Assembly: GCF_001612825.1 (NCBI RefSeq)
Contig: NZ_BDBE01000022.1
Coordinates: 19,906 to 43,905 of the forward strand
From: Nocardia caishijiensis NBRC 108228
GTDB taxonomy: Bacteria; Actinomycetota; Actinomycetes; Mycobacteriales; Mycobacteriaceae
Length of the DNA stretch: 24,000 nucleotides
Direction of reading: 5' to 3'
Each line of letters starts with the position of its first letter. The stretch's first letter is position 1. The position numbers were made by a program, and so were the translations under genes. Below, piece by piece: positions 1 through 9,215 of this stretch. The notes under the pieces were generated by a model. That model had not been told where the DNA came from. It ran no database searches and saw only the letters and a program-made list of their open reading frames with translations.

Positions 1-530
1 CGCAGCGCGATCAGGCGCACCGTCTGACCGGCCCACAGCACACCCGTGCACAGTGCCATCGACATCAGCAGCACGAGCCCGATGAGGCCGAGCGATTCCT
101 CCACGCTGCCCTGCACCGCGAGCGCGTCCAACGTGAGATACGTCGACAGGCCGACGCCGACCCCCATCGTGAGCCCACCGATCACCAGCCGAGGCAGATC
201 GAGACGGCGCCCACCGATCAAGAATCCGGCGAACACGGCGACCACCGCGATGGCCGCGGAGGCCGTGCCGAGCGCGAGGTTGTAGCGCACCGCGCTGCCC
301 TCGACGTGGATGCCGAGCAACGCAACGGAATTCGCCAGCCACAGGCCGACCCCACCGAGCGAGACGGCGGCCATCGTGAGCCAGACGATCCGGAAACGCA
401 CCGAATACTTCGCGTGCCGCACACAGGCGAACGCCACGACCGCGCCGACGGCCGACAGATCGAACGCCAGCCACGCCACACCCGTACCGCGACCGAACAC
501 CTCCGCTCCGGTCGCGAGGAGATCAACCAC
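1..530 (-). CDS. Polytopic membrane protein, N-terminal 176 codons only (runs off left edge). The TM pattern is MHYT-like but the motifs are degenerate.
   Basis: Absent from the ORF track because there is no stop inside the window. My minus-strand translation from GTG 530-528 reads VVDLLATGAEVFGRGTGVAWLAFDLSAVGAVVAFACVRHAKYSVRFRIVWLTMAAVSLGGVGLWLANSVALLGIHVEGSAVRYNLALGTASAAIAVVAVFAGFLIGGRRLDLPRLVIGGLTMGVGVGLSTYLTLDALAVQGSVEESLGLIGLVLLMSMALCTGVLWAGQTVRLIAL. The frame is open to base 1, GC3 is high, and there are about 5 hydrophobic helices. The GTG start overlaps the cvnD stop (GTGGTTGA). The family call is tentative. Confidence 0.6.
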   Translation of the reverse strand, partial: MVDLLATGAEVFGRGTGVAWLAFDLSAVGAVVAFACVRHAKYSVRFRIVWLTMAAVSLGGVGLWLANSVALLGIHVEGSAVRYNLALGTASAAIAVVAVFAGFLIGGRRLDLPRLVIGGLTMGVGVGLSTYLTLDALAVQGSVEESLGLIGLVLLMSMALCTGVLWAGQTVRLIAL

Positions 531-1149
531 GCCTGCCAGCTCCCTCGAACTGCTGCGGCTCGAGCTGGGCGATGGCGTATTCGGTCACCGCCGCCAGCGC
601 CTGACGGACCTCGACGGCATTGCGCGCGTCGATGTCGACGATCGGAATGCCCTCCCGCACCGAGAGCGCCTCGCGCAGTTCGGCGATCGGGAAACGCGGG
701 GCGTTCGGGAAGCGGTTCACCGCGATCAGGAACGGGAGACCGCGCGCCTCGAAGAAGTCGACGGCGGCGAAACTGTCCTCCAGCCTGCGGGTATCGATCA
801 GCACCACCGCGCCGATGGCGCCGCGGATCAGGTCGTCCCACATGAACCAGAAGCGTTTCTGGCCGGGGGTGCCGAACAGGTACAGCACCAGGTTCCCCGG
901 CAGCACGATGCGACCGAAGTCCATCGCGACGGTGGTGGTCTCCTTCTCCGGTGTCTCGGCGAGATCGTCGATACCGTCGGAGAAATGGGTGACCATCGCT
1001 TCGGTACGCAGCGGAACGATCTCCGACACCGAGCCGACGAAGGTCGTCTTCCCGGCGCCGAAACCGCCCGCCACCACGATCTTCGTCGAGGCGACCCGTT
1101 GCTCGGGTGCCTGCTGGCGCGGTGCGCCCTCAGAGGCCACGGAGTCCAC
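523..1149 (-). CDS. cvnD: Conservon small GTPase (CvnD/MglA-like ATP/GTP-binding protein)
   Basis: 208-aa ORF with a P-loop (KIVVAGGFGAGKTTF), a DxxG-like LFGTPGQ motif and an NRF(P) motif (AVNRFP). It is the last of the four-gene conservon order. The GTG start overlaps the end of cvnC. Confidence 0.9.
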   Translation of the reverse strand: MDSVASEGAPRQQAPEQRVASTKIVVAGGFGAGKTTFVGSVSEIVPLRTEAMVTHFSDGIDDLAETPEKETTTVAMDFGRIVLPGNLVLYLFGTPGQKRFWFMWDDLIRGAIGAVVLIDTRRLEDSFAAVDFFEARGLPFLIAVNRFPNAPRFPIAELREALSVREGIPIVDIDARNAVEVRQALAAVTEYAIAQLEPQQFEGAGRRG

Positions 1150-1501
1150 GCAAAGTCCTCTCCATCAGTGATCGGCGTTCGTCGTAGCTCGCCTGCTCGG
1201 TCAGCGTCGAGTGCACTCGAAGTATCCCGCCCACAACGAGATCGCCGATCATCACCCGGACCATACCCAGTGGGCGTGACAGGTATGCCGCGATCTCGGC
1301 CACCGACAGGCGATGTGTGGCCAGGCGCACTATTTCACTACGCAGATCGCCTGCGGGCCATTCCAGGTGCGCGGTATAGGAAACCGTCTCCACGACCGCC
1401 TCGAGTGGCAACGCGATCGCGGGTTCGGTGCGGCCCGCGGTCAGGGCATAGGGCCTGACCCGTGTGGTGGGCCGGATTTCGGATCCGTACGGGCTCGACA
1501 T
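1130..1501 (-). CDS. cvnC: Conservon DUF742 protein (CvnC)
   Basis: 123-aa ORF. The N-terminal RPYALTAGRT motif is typical of DUF742. It sits between the roadblock and GTPase genes, with its ATG 6 nt after the cvnB stop. Confidence 0.85.
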   Translation of the reverse strand: MSSPYGSEIRPTTRVRPYALTAGRTEPAIALPLEAVVETVSYTAHLEWPAGDLRSEIVRLATHRLSVAEIAAYLSRPLGMVRVMIGDLVVGGILRVHSTLTEQASYDERRSLMERTLRGLRGL

Positions 1502-1507
1502 CTCACC

Positions 1508-1912
1508 TCAGCCGGCGGAGCGGGCGGTGGCGGTGACCGCCGAGCCCACCCGGTCGACGAGCAGCGCCATCTCGTAGCCGATACGGCCGATGTCATGGCT
1601 CTTGTTGGCCAGAACCGCCAGGTGCGAACCGTTTCCGACGCTCATCACCAGCAGGTACCCACGCTGCATCTCGACGATCGACTGCATCACCTTGCCGCCG
1701 TCGAACAGTTGCGCGGCACCGGTCGACAGGCTCGCCAGACCCGCGGTCACCGCGGCCAGCTGCTCGGCGCGATCCGCGGGTAGATGTGGACTGGTTGCCT
1801 GCAGCAGTCCGTCGGCCGAGACCAGCACCGCGTGCGAGACACCGGGCACGTCCCGGGTGAAGCGGGCGACCAGCCAGTTCAGATTCTCGTCTGTGGGGTG
1901 CGCGTTGCTCAT
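1508..1912 (-). CDS. cvnB: Conservon roadblock/LC7 (MglB-like) protein (CvnB)
   Basis: I take the internal start [37 protein letters not shown]. The LNWL..F......GV..A.L.S.DGL pattern is the roadblock/LC7 signature. The ATG at 1912-1910 overlaps the cvnA TGA (ATGA). The upstream 74 codons of the tracked ORF lie inside cvnA in another frame. Confidence 0.9.
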   Translation of the reverse strand: MSNAHPTDENLNWLVARFTRDVPGVSHAVLVSADGLLQATSPHLPADRAEQLAAVTAGLASLSTGAAQLFDGGKVMQSIVEMQRGYLLVMSVGNGSHLAVLANKSHDIGRIGYEMALLVDRVGSAVTATARSAG

Positions 1913-4900
1913 TCGAGGCCTCCGTCGTTGTACTGGATCTCGGCACGGCCACTGCGGACGCCGCTGAGATGTCGGGTCAAGTTGTTGCGGATCTCCTCGG
2001 GGTCGCGGGCGCCCGCCTCTTCGGCCGGTGCCAGTCCGCCGGGCACCAGTTGTGCGCCCGGTTTGCGGATCGGCAGGCCACCGGAGGTGCGTGCGGAGGT
2101 CGGCGGGGAGTCCGCGCTGGCCGCCGCCGACCATCCCGCGTCACCGGGGGAGCTCCATGATGCCCCGTTCGGCGTGGATTCGCTTGCGGCTGTGGAAGGT
2201 TCGACGAGCCATTCGGAAACCATGCGCTGATAGATCGGCGTCGGCGCCTCACCGTTGACCGGCTGCAACCTGGTCGAGGAGGTGGGCACGGGGTCCTGGG
2301 TGGTGTCCTCGGCAGGAGCCGGGGCAGCCTGCTCCGGTGCCGAGGCGACCGGTTCGAGCGGCTGGGCGGAGGATGTCGTGTCGTCGTCTTCGCCGCCGTC
2401 GGGTCGGTTGAGGTCGGTCGGCTTGTAACGGCGATCGTCGAGGGGTTCCGAATCGGGTCGGCGCGCGGTGTCCGCGGTCTCGTCGCCCAGCAGGTGCGGG
2501 CGGGCCGCCGCAGTCTCGTCGGCGGGCGAGTCCGGACGTGGGTCGAGTGGGTGCGGGGCGGACGTGTCCGCGCCGAAGCCATCGAGCGGTTGCAGGCGGG
2601 CGGGAGCAGACCGTCCCGAGGCGTCGGAGCGGTCGCGGGTCGGCAGCGGCCAGGCGGCCGTCGACTGGTCGGTCGACGGCCGGACGGGCGGCGGGACCTG
2701 CCAGGTCGCGGACGGGGTGCGCTGCGGCAGCCCGGTGGTCTCGGCCTTCGGCTCGGGGAGTTCCTCGACCGGGTGCTCGGCCCACAGACCGCTCGGCACC
2801 TCCTCCACCGGCTCGGGTTCGGGGGTCGTCGAAACACGTTGCGGCAGCCCGGCCTTGGTGAGCGGCGCCCGGTAATCACTCGCGTCGTAGGCGCCGGTGG
2901 TCGCACCGTACTGCGGCGGCACGAGCGGGTTCGCGGCCGGGATCAGCGGATTCGGGGTGCCGAGACCCACGATCGGGTTGGGCCCGGTGACGTCGGCGGC
3001 CGTGAGCCCCGCCGGGACGAGCGGATTCGGCCCGGTCGACACCAGCGGGTTGGGCCCGGTGGCCGGGCCCGACGAGGGCGGCGGCGGCGCGACGAGCGCG
3101 CTGGGCAGGTGCACGCTCGCGGTGATGCCCGGCTGCGGCGCCGAGCCGTTGGTGCGGCGCAGGCTCACGGTGATGGTGTGCCGCTTGGCGAGTCTGCCGA
3201 CGACGAAAAGACCCATCCGGCGGGCGGTTTCGATGGTCACCTCACCACCGGAGGCGAGCCGTTCGTTGGTGGTGCGCAGGTCGTCGGCCGACATGCCGAG
3301 GCCGCGGTCGGTGATCTCGATCAGGTACCCACCGTCGACCGCCCGGCCGACGATCACCGCCACCGAGGTGCTCGGCGGCGAGTAGCGCAGCGCGTTGTCG
3401 ATGAGCTCGGCCAGCAGGTGCTCGATGTCGACGGCCGACTCACCGGCCACCACCCCGTCGGGCACATTGCCGATCTCGACGCGCTGGTAGTCCTCCACCT
3501 GCGACACCGCGCTCCAGAGCATGTCCGACAGCGGCACCGGCGGCAGGTGACCTCGGCGCAGCGCGGTACCGGCCAGCACGAGCAGGTTGTCGCCGTTGCG
3601 GCGCATGCGGGTGGCGAGGTGGTCGAGGCGGAACAGGGTCTGCAGGCGCGAGGGGTTGTCCTCGTCGTGCTCGAGTTCCTCGATGAGCGCGAGCTGCTGC
3701 TCGACCAGCGACTGGCTGCGCCGCGACAGCGTCTCGAACATGTTGCCGATCTGCAGGCGCAGCCGCGCCTGGTCGGCGGCCAGGTTCAGGGCCTGCTCGT
3801 GCATCTCGTCGACGGCGCGGGCGAGCTGACCGATCTCGTCGGTGGAGTGCACGCCCACCGGCGCGATCTCCGGCGTCGCGCCGCCGCTGCGCACCACGGC
3901 GAGCTCGTCGGGCAGCTTCACGTGCGCCACCTCGAGCGCGTCGCGGCGCAGCCTGCGCACCGGCACGACCAGCGTGCGTGCCACCGCGAGCGCCAGTGCC
4001 AGGCCGGAGAGCAGCATGCCGAGGACCAGGGTGGCCTCACGCAGCGCGGCGGTCTGGGCGGTCGAGGTGTTGAGGTCGAGGGTCTTGTCGATCTCGTCGA
4101 GCAGGGCCGAGATGGTTGCCGCGTAGGTGTCGGCGCTGACCTGCAGGGTGTTGAGCACCGCCGCGTTGGTCGTCGGGTCGCCGTTGTTCTGGCTGAACAC
4201 GCTGATCCTGGTCTGCACGGCGTCGAGCAGCGAGGCCATGCTGCCCGCGTTGCCGGGCAGGATCATCGCGTAGGTCTTGATCATGGTCTGCTCGGAACCG
4301 AGCTCCACCAGCATCCGTGAGCGCGCGCTCTGGCTCGTTCCCGCGTCGGGCGAGACCACGAGCGTGCGCTCGCGGGTGAGCACCCGGCGCGCCTGGTGCA
4401 GCGCGGTGAGCTGCAGGAAGTAGCGCTGCACGACGTAGTCCTCGACCACGGGCGTCTTGGCGAGGGCGTTGCCGATGCGTTCGCCGATCTCGTCGGTCTG
4501 CTCGCCGACCATCGCGGGCGAGCCGCTGCGCACGGTGTTGCGCAGGGTGGCGCCGGTGGTGGTCGCGGCGGTGAGTTCGTCGGCGACCGCCCGATCGATG
4601 CTTGCCATCCGCAGCGCGCTCTGCACCTCGGCGAGGGCCTGGTCGTAGGTGGTGAGCGCGGCGTCGGTCTGCGGGTCGGCGATCGCACCCCAGTTGGCGG
4701 TCGCGGCGACGGCGAGTTGTTCGGTGGCGGTGGCGAATTTGACGACGGGCCGGATGACGGCGGCCTGTTCGGTCGCCGCACCGAGTTGGGTCATGGTCTC
4801 GAGTTCGGCATTGATGCGCAGCACGGCGAACGTGGTCGCGAGCATCACCGGCAGCACGAGAACCACACCGACCTTGCGCGTTACCGACCAGTTCGACAGG

Positions 4901-4932
4901 CTGAATTGCCAGGAGCGCGATGCAGGTTCCAT
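1909..4932 (-). CDS. cvnA: Conservon sensor histidine-kinase-like protein (CvnA): N-terminal TM, nitrate/nitrite-sensing-type domain, HAMP, HATPase_c, and a Pro-rich tail of about 390 aa
   Basis: 1007-aa ORF with an N-terminal TM ([18 protein letters not shown]), a second TM followed by HAMP ([11 protein letters not shown]...[15 protein letters not shown]) and an ATPase N/G box ([10 protein letters not shown]...ITDRGLGM). The C-terminal [11 protein letters not shown]...[10 protein letters not shown] motif is typical of this family. Confidence 0.9.
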   Translation of the reverse strand: MEPASRSWQFSLSNWSVTRKVGVVLVLPVMLATTFAVLRINAELETMTQLGAATEQAAVIRPVVKFATATEQLAVAATANWGAIADPQTDAALTTYDQALAEVQSALRMASIDRAVADELTAATTTGATLRNTVRSGSPAMVGEQTDEIGERIGNALAKTPVVEDYVVQRYFLQLTALHQARRVLTRERTLVVSPDAGTSQSARSRMLVELGSEQTMIKTYAMILPGNAGSMASLLDAVQTRISVFSQNNGDPTTNAAVLNTLQVSADTYAATISALLDEIDKTLDLNTSTAQTAALREATLVLGMLLSGLALALAVARTLVVPVRRLRRDALEVAHVKLPDELAVVRSGGATPEIAPVGVHSTDEIGQLARAVDEMHEQALNLAADQARLRLQIGNMFETLSRRSQSLVEQQLALIEELEHDEDNPSRLQTLFRLDHLATRMRRNGDNLLVLAGTALRRGHLPPVPLSDMLWSAVSQVEDYQRVEIGNVPDGVVAGESAVDIEHLLAELIDNALRYSPPSTSVAVIVGRAVDGGYLIEITDRGLGMSADDLRTTNERLASGGEVTIETARRMGLFVVGRLAKRHTITVSLRRTNGSAPQPGITASVHLPSALVAPPPPSSGPATGPNPLVSTGPNPLVPAGLTAADVTGPNPIVGLGTPNPLIPAANPLVPPQYGATTGAYDASDYRAPLTKAGLPQRVSTTPEPEPVEEVPSGLWAEHPVEELPEPKAETTGLPQRTPSATWQVPPPVRPSTDQSTAAWPLPTRDRSDASGRSAPARLQPLDGFGADTSAPHPLDPRPDSPADETAAARPHLLGDETADTARRPDSEPLDDRRYKPTDLNRPDGGEDDDTTSSAQPLEPVASAPEQAAPAPAEDTTQDPVPTSSTRLQPVNGEAPTPIYQRMVSEWLVEPSTAASESTPNGASWSSPGDAGWSAAASADSPPTSARTSGGLPIRKPGAQLVPGGLAPAEEAGARDPEEIRNNLTRHLSGVRSGRAEIQYNDGGLE

Positions 4933-5127
4933 CCGCGTGCGTTGCCTCTGCTTCCACGTGTGACCCCGGCCCGCGCGGGGGAGGTCGCGGACCGATGCGA
5001 GCGCAGAACCAACTGAAGGTCTTCTTTTATCGCAGGAAAGATACCGTGCCGGGTGGTCAACGGCAATCCGGGCCGGACAGCGGAGAAATCGCCGAATATG
5101 TGCTGACGCAACGCCGACCCGCGACCC

Positions 5128-5146
5128 TCTCAGTACGTTCTCAGTC
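5128..5146 (+). promoter_or_regulatory. Candidate MprA box (autoregulation of mprAB)
   Basis: TCTCAGTA-cgt-TCTCAGTC: two 8-bp direct repeats separated by 3 nt, ending 20 nt upstream of the mprA ATG. This matches the published architecture of the M. tuberculosis MprA box (19 bp, 8+3+8 direct repeats). Confidence 0.6.
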
Positions 5147-5166
5147 GGTCACGGCAAACTGAGGAC

Positions 5167-5853
5167 ATGCGCATTCTGGTTGTCGACGACGATCGCGCGG
5201 TGCGGGAATCACTGCGCCGATCACTGAGCTTCAACGGCTACACCGTCGACCTGGCCGTCGACGGCATGGATGCTTTGGAGAAAGTCACAACTGCCAGGCC
5301 CGATGCGCTCGTTCTCGATGTGATGATGCCCCGTCTCGACGGGCTCGAGGTGTGCCGTCGGCTGCGCAGCACGGGCGACGATCTGCCGATTCTCGTTTTG
5401 ACCGCGCGCGATTCGGTCTCCGAACGGGTGGCCGGGCTCGACGCGGGTGCCGACGATTATTTGCCGAAGCCTTTCGCGCTCGAGGAATTGCTCGCGCGTT
5501 TACGCGCTTTGCTGCGCAGGCGGGCGCCCGATCTCGGCGAAGCGTCCGAAGCGATGGTGTTCGCTGATCTGTCGCTGGACCCGGTGACCCGGGAAGTTTC
5601 GCGCGGCGAACGTTCGATCAGCTTGACTCGTACCGAGTTCTCGCTGCTGGAGATGTTGATGACCAATCCGCGCCGGGTGCTCACCCGTGGGCGGATCCTG
5701 GAAGAGGTGTGGGGTTACGACTTTCCCACCTCCGGCAACGCGCTCGAGGTCTACATCGGCTATTTGCGGCGCAAAACCGAGGCCGACGGCGAGGAGCGCT
5801 TGATCCACACGGTGCGCGGCGTCGGGTACGTGCTGCGCGAGACACCGCCCTAG
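5167..5853 (+). CDS. mprA: OmpR-family response regulator MprA
   Basis: 228 aa. The N-terminus [25 protein letters not shown] is near-identical to mycobacterial MprA as I recall it. It has a receiver Asp (LVLDVMMP) and a winged-helix C-terminus (VRGVGYVLR). A GAGGA SD lies upstream and mprB-pepD follow. Confidence 0.92.
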   Translation: MRILVVDDDRAVRESLRRSLSFNGYTVDLAVDGMDALEKVTTARPDALVLDVMMPRLDGLEVCRRLRSTGDDLPILVLTARDSVSERVAGLDAGADDYLPKPFALEELLARLRALLRRRAPDLGEASEAMVFADLSLDPVTREVSRGERSISLTRTEFSLLEMLMTNPRRVLTRGRILEEVWGYDFPTSGNALEVYIGYLRRKTEADGEERLIHTVRGVGYVLRETPP

Positions 5854-5862
5854 GCCGCGCGG

Positions 5863-7320
5863 ATGGCACACAAGGAACCCGTGGTCGCCGGGCTCGGCCG
5901 CCCGCTCGACCCCGGCGAGATGCGTCCACCGATGCCGCTCACGCGCTCGGTGTCGCTGCGCTGGCGGGTGACCCTGCTGGCCGCCTCGGTGGTGCTGATC
6001 GCGGTGGCCGTCACCTCGATCGCGGCGTACGCCATGGTCGCGCGTGCCCTCTACGCCGATGTCGACGCCCAGTTGGAGGCGCGGGCGGCGACCATGATCA
6101 ACAACAATTTCGAGTCGATCGGGTTCCAGTCGATCGTGCTCGCCGGGTTGTACTCCAACGAGGTCGGTGTGGCGCTGATCTACGCCGATCACAAGCCGTA
6201 CATGCCGCCGCAGCAGACGATTCCGCCGGTCGGCGCCCAGGAACTCGCGGTGGCCGACGGCAAGCTCAACTCCTCGTTGCGCACCGTCGGTGACCAGCGG
6301 GTCCTCGCGGCGCGCACGCACAGCGGCGCGACGCTCATCATCTCGCAGAAGCTCTACCGCACCCGCGAGGTGCTCGACCGGCTGGCCTGGCTGCTGTTCG
6401 TCGTCGGCGCGTGTGGCGTCGTGCTCGCCGCCGCGGCCGGAACCGCCGTCGGCCGCACCGGCCTGCGCCCGATCGCCCGCCTGACCGCCGCGACCGAACG
6501 GGTCGCCCGCACCGACGACCTGACCCCGATCCCGGTCACCGGTGACGACGAATTGGCCAGGCTCACCGAGAGTTTCAACACCATGCTGCGGGCACTCGCC
6601 GAATCGCGCGACCGCCAGCGCAGGCTCGTCGCCGACGCCGGTCACGAACTGCGTACCCCGCTCACCTCGCTACGCACCAACATGGAACTGCTCATCGCCT
6701 CGAGCAGGCCGGGCGCGCCCCAGGTGCCCGACGAGGACATGGTGGAGCTGCGCGCCGACGTGGTCGCCCAGATCGAGGAGCTGTCCACCCTCGTCGGCGA
6801 CCTGGTGGACCTCGCCCGGGAGGATGCCCCGGAAACGGTCTACGAGCGGGTGGATCTCGGGGAGGTCGCCGAGCGGGCGCTGGAACGGGCCAGGCGGCGG
6901 CGCGCGGGCATCACCTTCGTGGCCGACCTGTGCCCCTGGTTCGTCTACGGGCACGAAACGGGCCTGGAACGCGCCGTCCTCAACGTGCTCGACAACGCGG
7001 CCAAGTGGAGCCCGCCCGACGCCGTCGTGCGGATCACCATGCGCCCCGCCGGCCCGGGACTGCTCGAACTCGCCGTCGCCGACGCGGGACCCGGCATTCC
7101 GCCGGGTGAACGCGAGCTGGTGTTCGAACGCTTCTACCGGACCACCGCGTCCAGGTCGATGCCGGGTTCCGGGCTCGGGTTGGCGATCGTGAAACAGGTC
7201 GTCACCAAGCACGGCGGGACGATCGCGATCGATACCTCCGACCGGGGCGGCGCTTTGGTCCGCATCGTGCTGCCCGGTGAGGCGGCGCCCGTGGCGGACG
7301 ATTCGGACCCGGCGTCGTGA
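5863..7320 (+). CDS. mprB: Two-component sensor histidine kinase MprB
   Basis: 485 aa with two TM segments, HAMP, H-box (AGHELRTPLTSLRTNMELL), N-box (VLDNAAKWSP) and G-boxes (DAGPGIP, GSGLGLAIV). It lies immediately downstream of mprA. Confidence 0.9.
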   Translation: MAHKEPVVAGLGRPLDPGEMRPPMPLTRSVSLRWRVTLLAASVVLIAVAVTSIAAYAMVARALYADVDAQLEARAATMINNNFESIGFQSIVLAGLYSNEVGVALIYADHKPYMPPQQTIPPVGAQELAVADGKLNSSLRTVGDQRVLAARTHSGATLIISQKLYRTREVLDRLAWLLFVVGACGVVLAAAAGTAVGRTGLRPIARLTAATERVARTDDLTPIPVTGDDELARLTESFNTMLRALAESRDRQRRLVADAGHELRTPLTSLRTNMELLIASSRPGAPQVPDEDMVELRADVVAQIEELSTLVGDLVDLAREDAPETVYERVDLGEVAERALERARRRRAGITFVADLCPWFVYGHETGLERAVLNVLDNAAKWSPPDAVVRITMRPAGPGLLELAVADAGPGIPPGERELVFERFYRTTASRSMPGSGLGLAIVKQVVTKHGGTIAIDTSDRGGALVRIVLPGEAAPVADDSDPAS

Positions 7321-7343
7321 GTCTCGGGTAACTGACGGTCCGG

Positions 7344-7362
7344 TCTCAGGCGCCTCTCAGTA
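7344..7362 (+). promoter_or_regulatory. Candidate MprA box upstream of pepD
   Basis: TCTCAGGC-gcc-TCTCAGTA, the same 8+3+8 direct-repeat architecture and the same TCTCAG core as the site at 5128-5146. It sits 36-42 nt upstream of the pepD start. Confidence 0.6.
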
Positions 7363-7397
7363 GCCGTCGCCAAGCTTGTCGACAAGCGTGAGAGAAG

Positions 7398-8669
7398 GTG
7401 ACCATGAACGACGATGCCAAGCAGTGGTCCGCCGACCACCCCCTCGGGCCGGGGCAGGCGGATCAGCCCGCCACCGTGCCCGGTAGCCACCCGTACGGGC
7501 CCGCGCAGCACGGCTTCGGGCCGCAGCCGTATCCCCAGCAGCCTCCTGTCGCCCCGCCGACGCCGCCACGAAAGCCGTTGCGGCTCGGTCTGATCGCCGG
7601 GGCCACGGCGCTGGCACTGGTCAGCGGCGGTGTCGGCGGCGTGGTCGGCGTGCTCGCCGCCGACACCGATCCGGCGCCGGTGACCAACGCGCTCGAGGCG
7701 CCACGACCCGAGGTGAACAACGCCGCCAACGCGCCCGCCGGGTCGACCCAGGCGGTCGCGCAGCGGGTGCTGCCGAGCGTGGTGATGATCAAGGTCGCGG
7801 GCACCCGCGCGTCCGGCGAGGGGTCCGGGGTGGTGCTGTCCTCGGACGGGTTGATCCTCACCAACAACCACGTCGCCGCGGGCGCCGGGTCAGGGGCGAA
7901 GATGGAGGTGGTGTTCAACGACGGCAGCACCGCGCCCGCCACCATGATCGGCGCCGACCCTGTGTCCGACCTGGCCGTCATCAAGGCCGACAAGACCGGC
8001 CTCACCCCGATCGAACTCGGCACCTCCGACGGGCTAGCGGTCGGGCAGCCGGTGATCGCCATCGGCTCGCCGCTCGGCCTGGCGGGCACCGTCACCACCG
8101 GCATCGTCTCCGCGCTCAACCGGCCCGTCTCCACCAGCGGTGAGGGCACACCGAGCCAGGTGAACCCGGTCATCGACGCGATCCAGACCGACGCCGCGAT
8201 CAACCCGGGCAACTCCGGTGGCGCGCTCGTCGACGGCCAGGGCAAGCTCATCGGCATCAACACCGCCATCGCCAGCCTCGGCGGCGAGATGAGCGGTGCG
8301 CAGAGCGGATCCATCGGCCTCGGCTTCGCCATCCCGGTCGACCAGGCTCGCCGCGTCGCCGACGAACTCATCAAGACCGGCAAGGCCACCTACGCCCAGA
8401 TCGGCATCAAACTGCGTCCGCTCGACACGGCCGCCCGGGTGCTCGAGGCGACCCCGGACGGGCCCGCCGCCAAGGCGGGCATCCCGGCGGGCGCCGTCAT
8501 CACCCGCCTCGACGACCGGCCCATCGATTCCGGCGACGCCCTCATCGCCGCCGTCCGTTCCCGCCAGCCAGGAGACACTGTGAAGATCACCTACACCGAC
8601 GAACAGGGCGGAAACGCCAGGACCGTGGACGTCACCCTCACGGCCGCCGCGGCGGAGAGCGGCCGATGA
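7398..8669 (+). CDS. pepD: HtrA-like S1C serine protease with C-terminal PDZ domain (PepD)
   Basis: 423 aa with a Pro-rich N-terminus and a TM. The catalytic triad context is TNNHV, DLAVIK and GNSGGAL, followed by a PDZ-like C-terminus. The true start may be ATG 7404, which follows a GAGAAGG SD. Confidence 0.9.
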   Translation: MTMNDDAKQWSADHPLGPGQADQPATVPGSHPYGPAQHGFGPQPYPQQPPVAPPTPPRKPLRLGLIAGATALALVSGGVGGVVGVLAADTDPAPVTNALEAPRPEVNNAANAPAGSTQAVAQRVLPSVVMIKVAGTRASGEGSGVVLSSDGLILTNNHVAAGAGSGAKMEVVFNDGSTAPATMIGADPVSDLAVIKADKTGLTPIELGTSDGLAVGQPVIAIGSPLGLAGTVTTGIVSALNRPVSTSGEGTPSQVNPVIDAIQTDAAINPGNSGGALVDGQGKLIGINTAIASLGGEMSGAQSGSIGLGFAIPVDQARRVADELIKTGKATYAQIGIKLRPLDTAARVLEATPDGPAAKAGIPAGAVITRLDDRPIDSGDALIAAVRSRQPGDTVKITYTDEQGGNARTVDVTLTAAAAESGR

Positions 8670-8710
8670 TGCGATCGAACGCGGCACTGTCGTGCGTAGG
8701 CGCTACGGTG

Positions 8711-9211
8711 ATGACCATGGACATCGATGCTCCCGTGGCAGGGCGGGCACTGGTAGTGGTCGTCGACGACCGGACGGCGCACGGCGGCGTCGACTCGCTC
8801 GGCCCGCTCGTCACCGAATTGCTCAACGAGGCGGGTTTTCTGGTCGACGCCTCGGTGACCGTGCAGGCCGACGAGGTCGAGATCCGCAACGCGCTCAACA
8901 CCGCCGTGATCGGCGGGGTCGACCTGGTGATCTCGGTCGGCGGCACGGGGATGTCGCCGCGCGATGTCACCCCTGAGGCCACCGCGCAGGTGCTCGATCG
9001 GGAACTGCCCGGCATCACCGAGGCGCTGCGGGCGTCGGGTCGCGTGGCCGGGTCGCTCGACGCGGGTCTTTCGCGCGGGGTCTCCGGCATCTCGGGCAGC
9101 ACCCTGGTGGTGAACCTGCCGGGCACCCGTTCGGCGGTGCGCGACGGTATGGCCACCCTCGGCCCGCTGGCGAGCCGGGTGATCGGCGAACTCTCCGGTC
9201 TGGACGAGTGA
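8711..9211 (+). CDS. moaB2: MoaB/MogA-family molybdenum cofactor biosynthesis protein (MoaB2-like)
   Basis: GRALVVVVDDRTAHG...VISVGGTGMSPRDVTPEAT...GSTLVVNLPG is the MoaB/MogA fold signature. The tracked ORF starts at 8666, overlapping the pepD stop, but codons 8666-8710 have poorer GC3. I therefore prefer ATG 8711 (MTMDID). The start remains uncertain. Confidence 0.85.
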   Translation: MTMDIDAPVAGRALVVVVDDRTAHGGVDSLGPLVTELLNEAGFLVDASVTVQADEVEIRNALNTAVIGGVDLVISVGGTGMSPRDVTPEATAQVLDRELPGITEALRASGRVAGSLDAGLSRGVSGISGSTLVVNLPGTRSAVRDGMATLGPLASRVIGELSGLDE

Positions 9212-9215
9212 TTCG

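Noticed and set aside
310-1458. 382-aa plus-strand ORF, plus 46-285, 218-841 and 306-845, at the left end.
   Set aside because: They overlap the cvnD and cvnC genes and the membrane-protein gene on the opposite strand. Their composition is Arg/Pro-rich with no motifs.
2494-4320. 608-aa plus-strand ORF, together with several Pro/Arg-rich ORFs (1977-2906, 2249-2785, 4037-4957, 4281-4781) overlapping cvnA.
   Set aside because: These are alternative or antisense frames of a gene with a clear HAMP/HATPase domain structure. Their composition (R, P, G runs) is typical of off-frame translation of GC-rich DNA.
8666-8710. Extended moaB2 start at ATG 8666, overlapping the pepD stop.
   Set aside because: The first 15 codons have noticeably poorer GC3 (cga, gca, gta, gct). 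As I recall it, the M. tuberculosis MoaB2 N-terminus aligns with a start near 8711. I keep it as an alternative because ATGA coupling is plausible.
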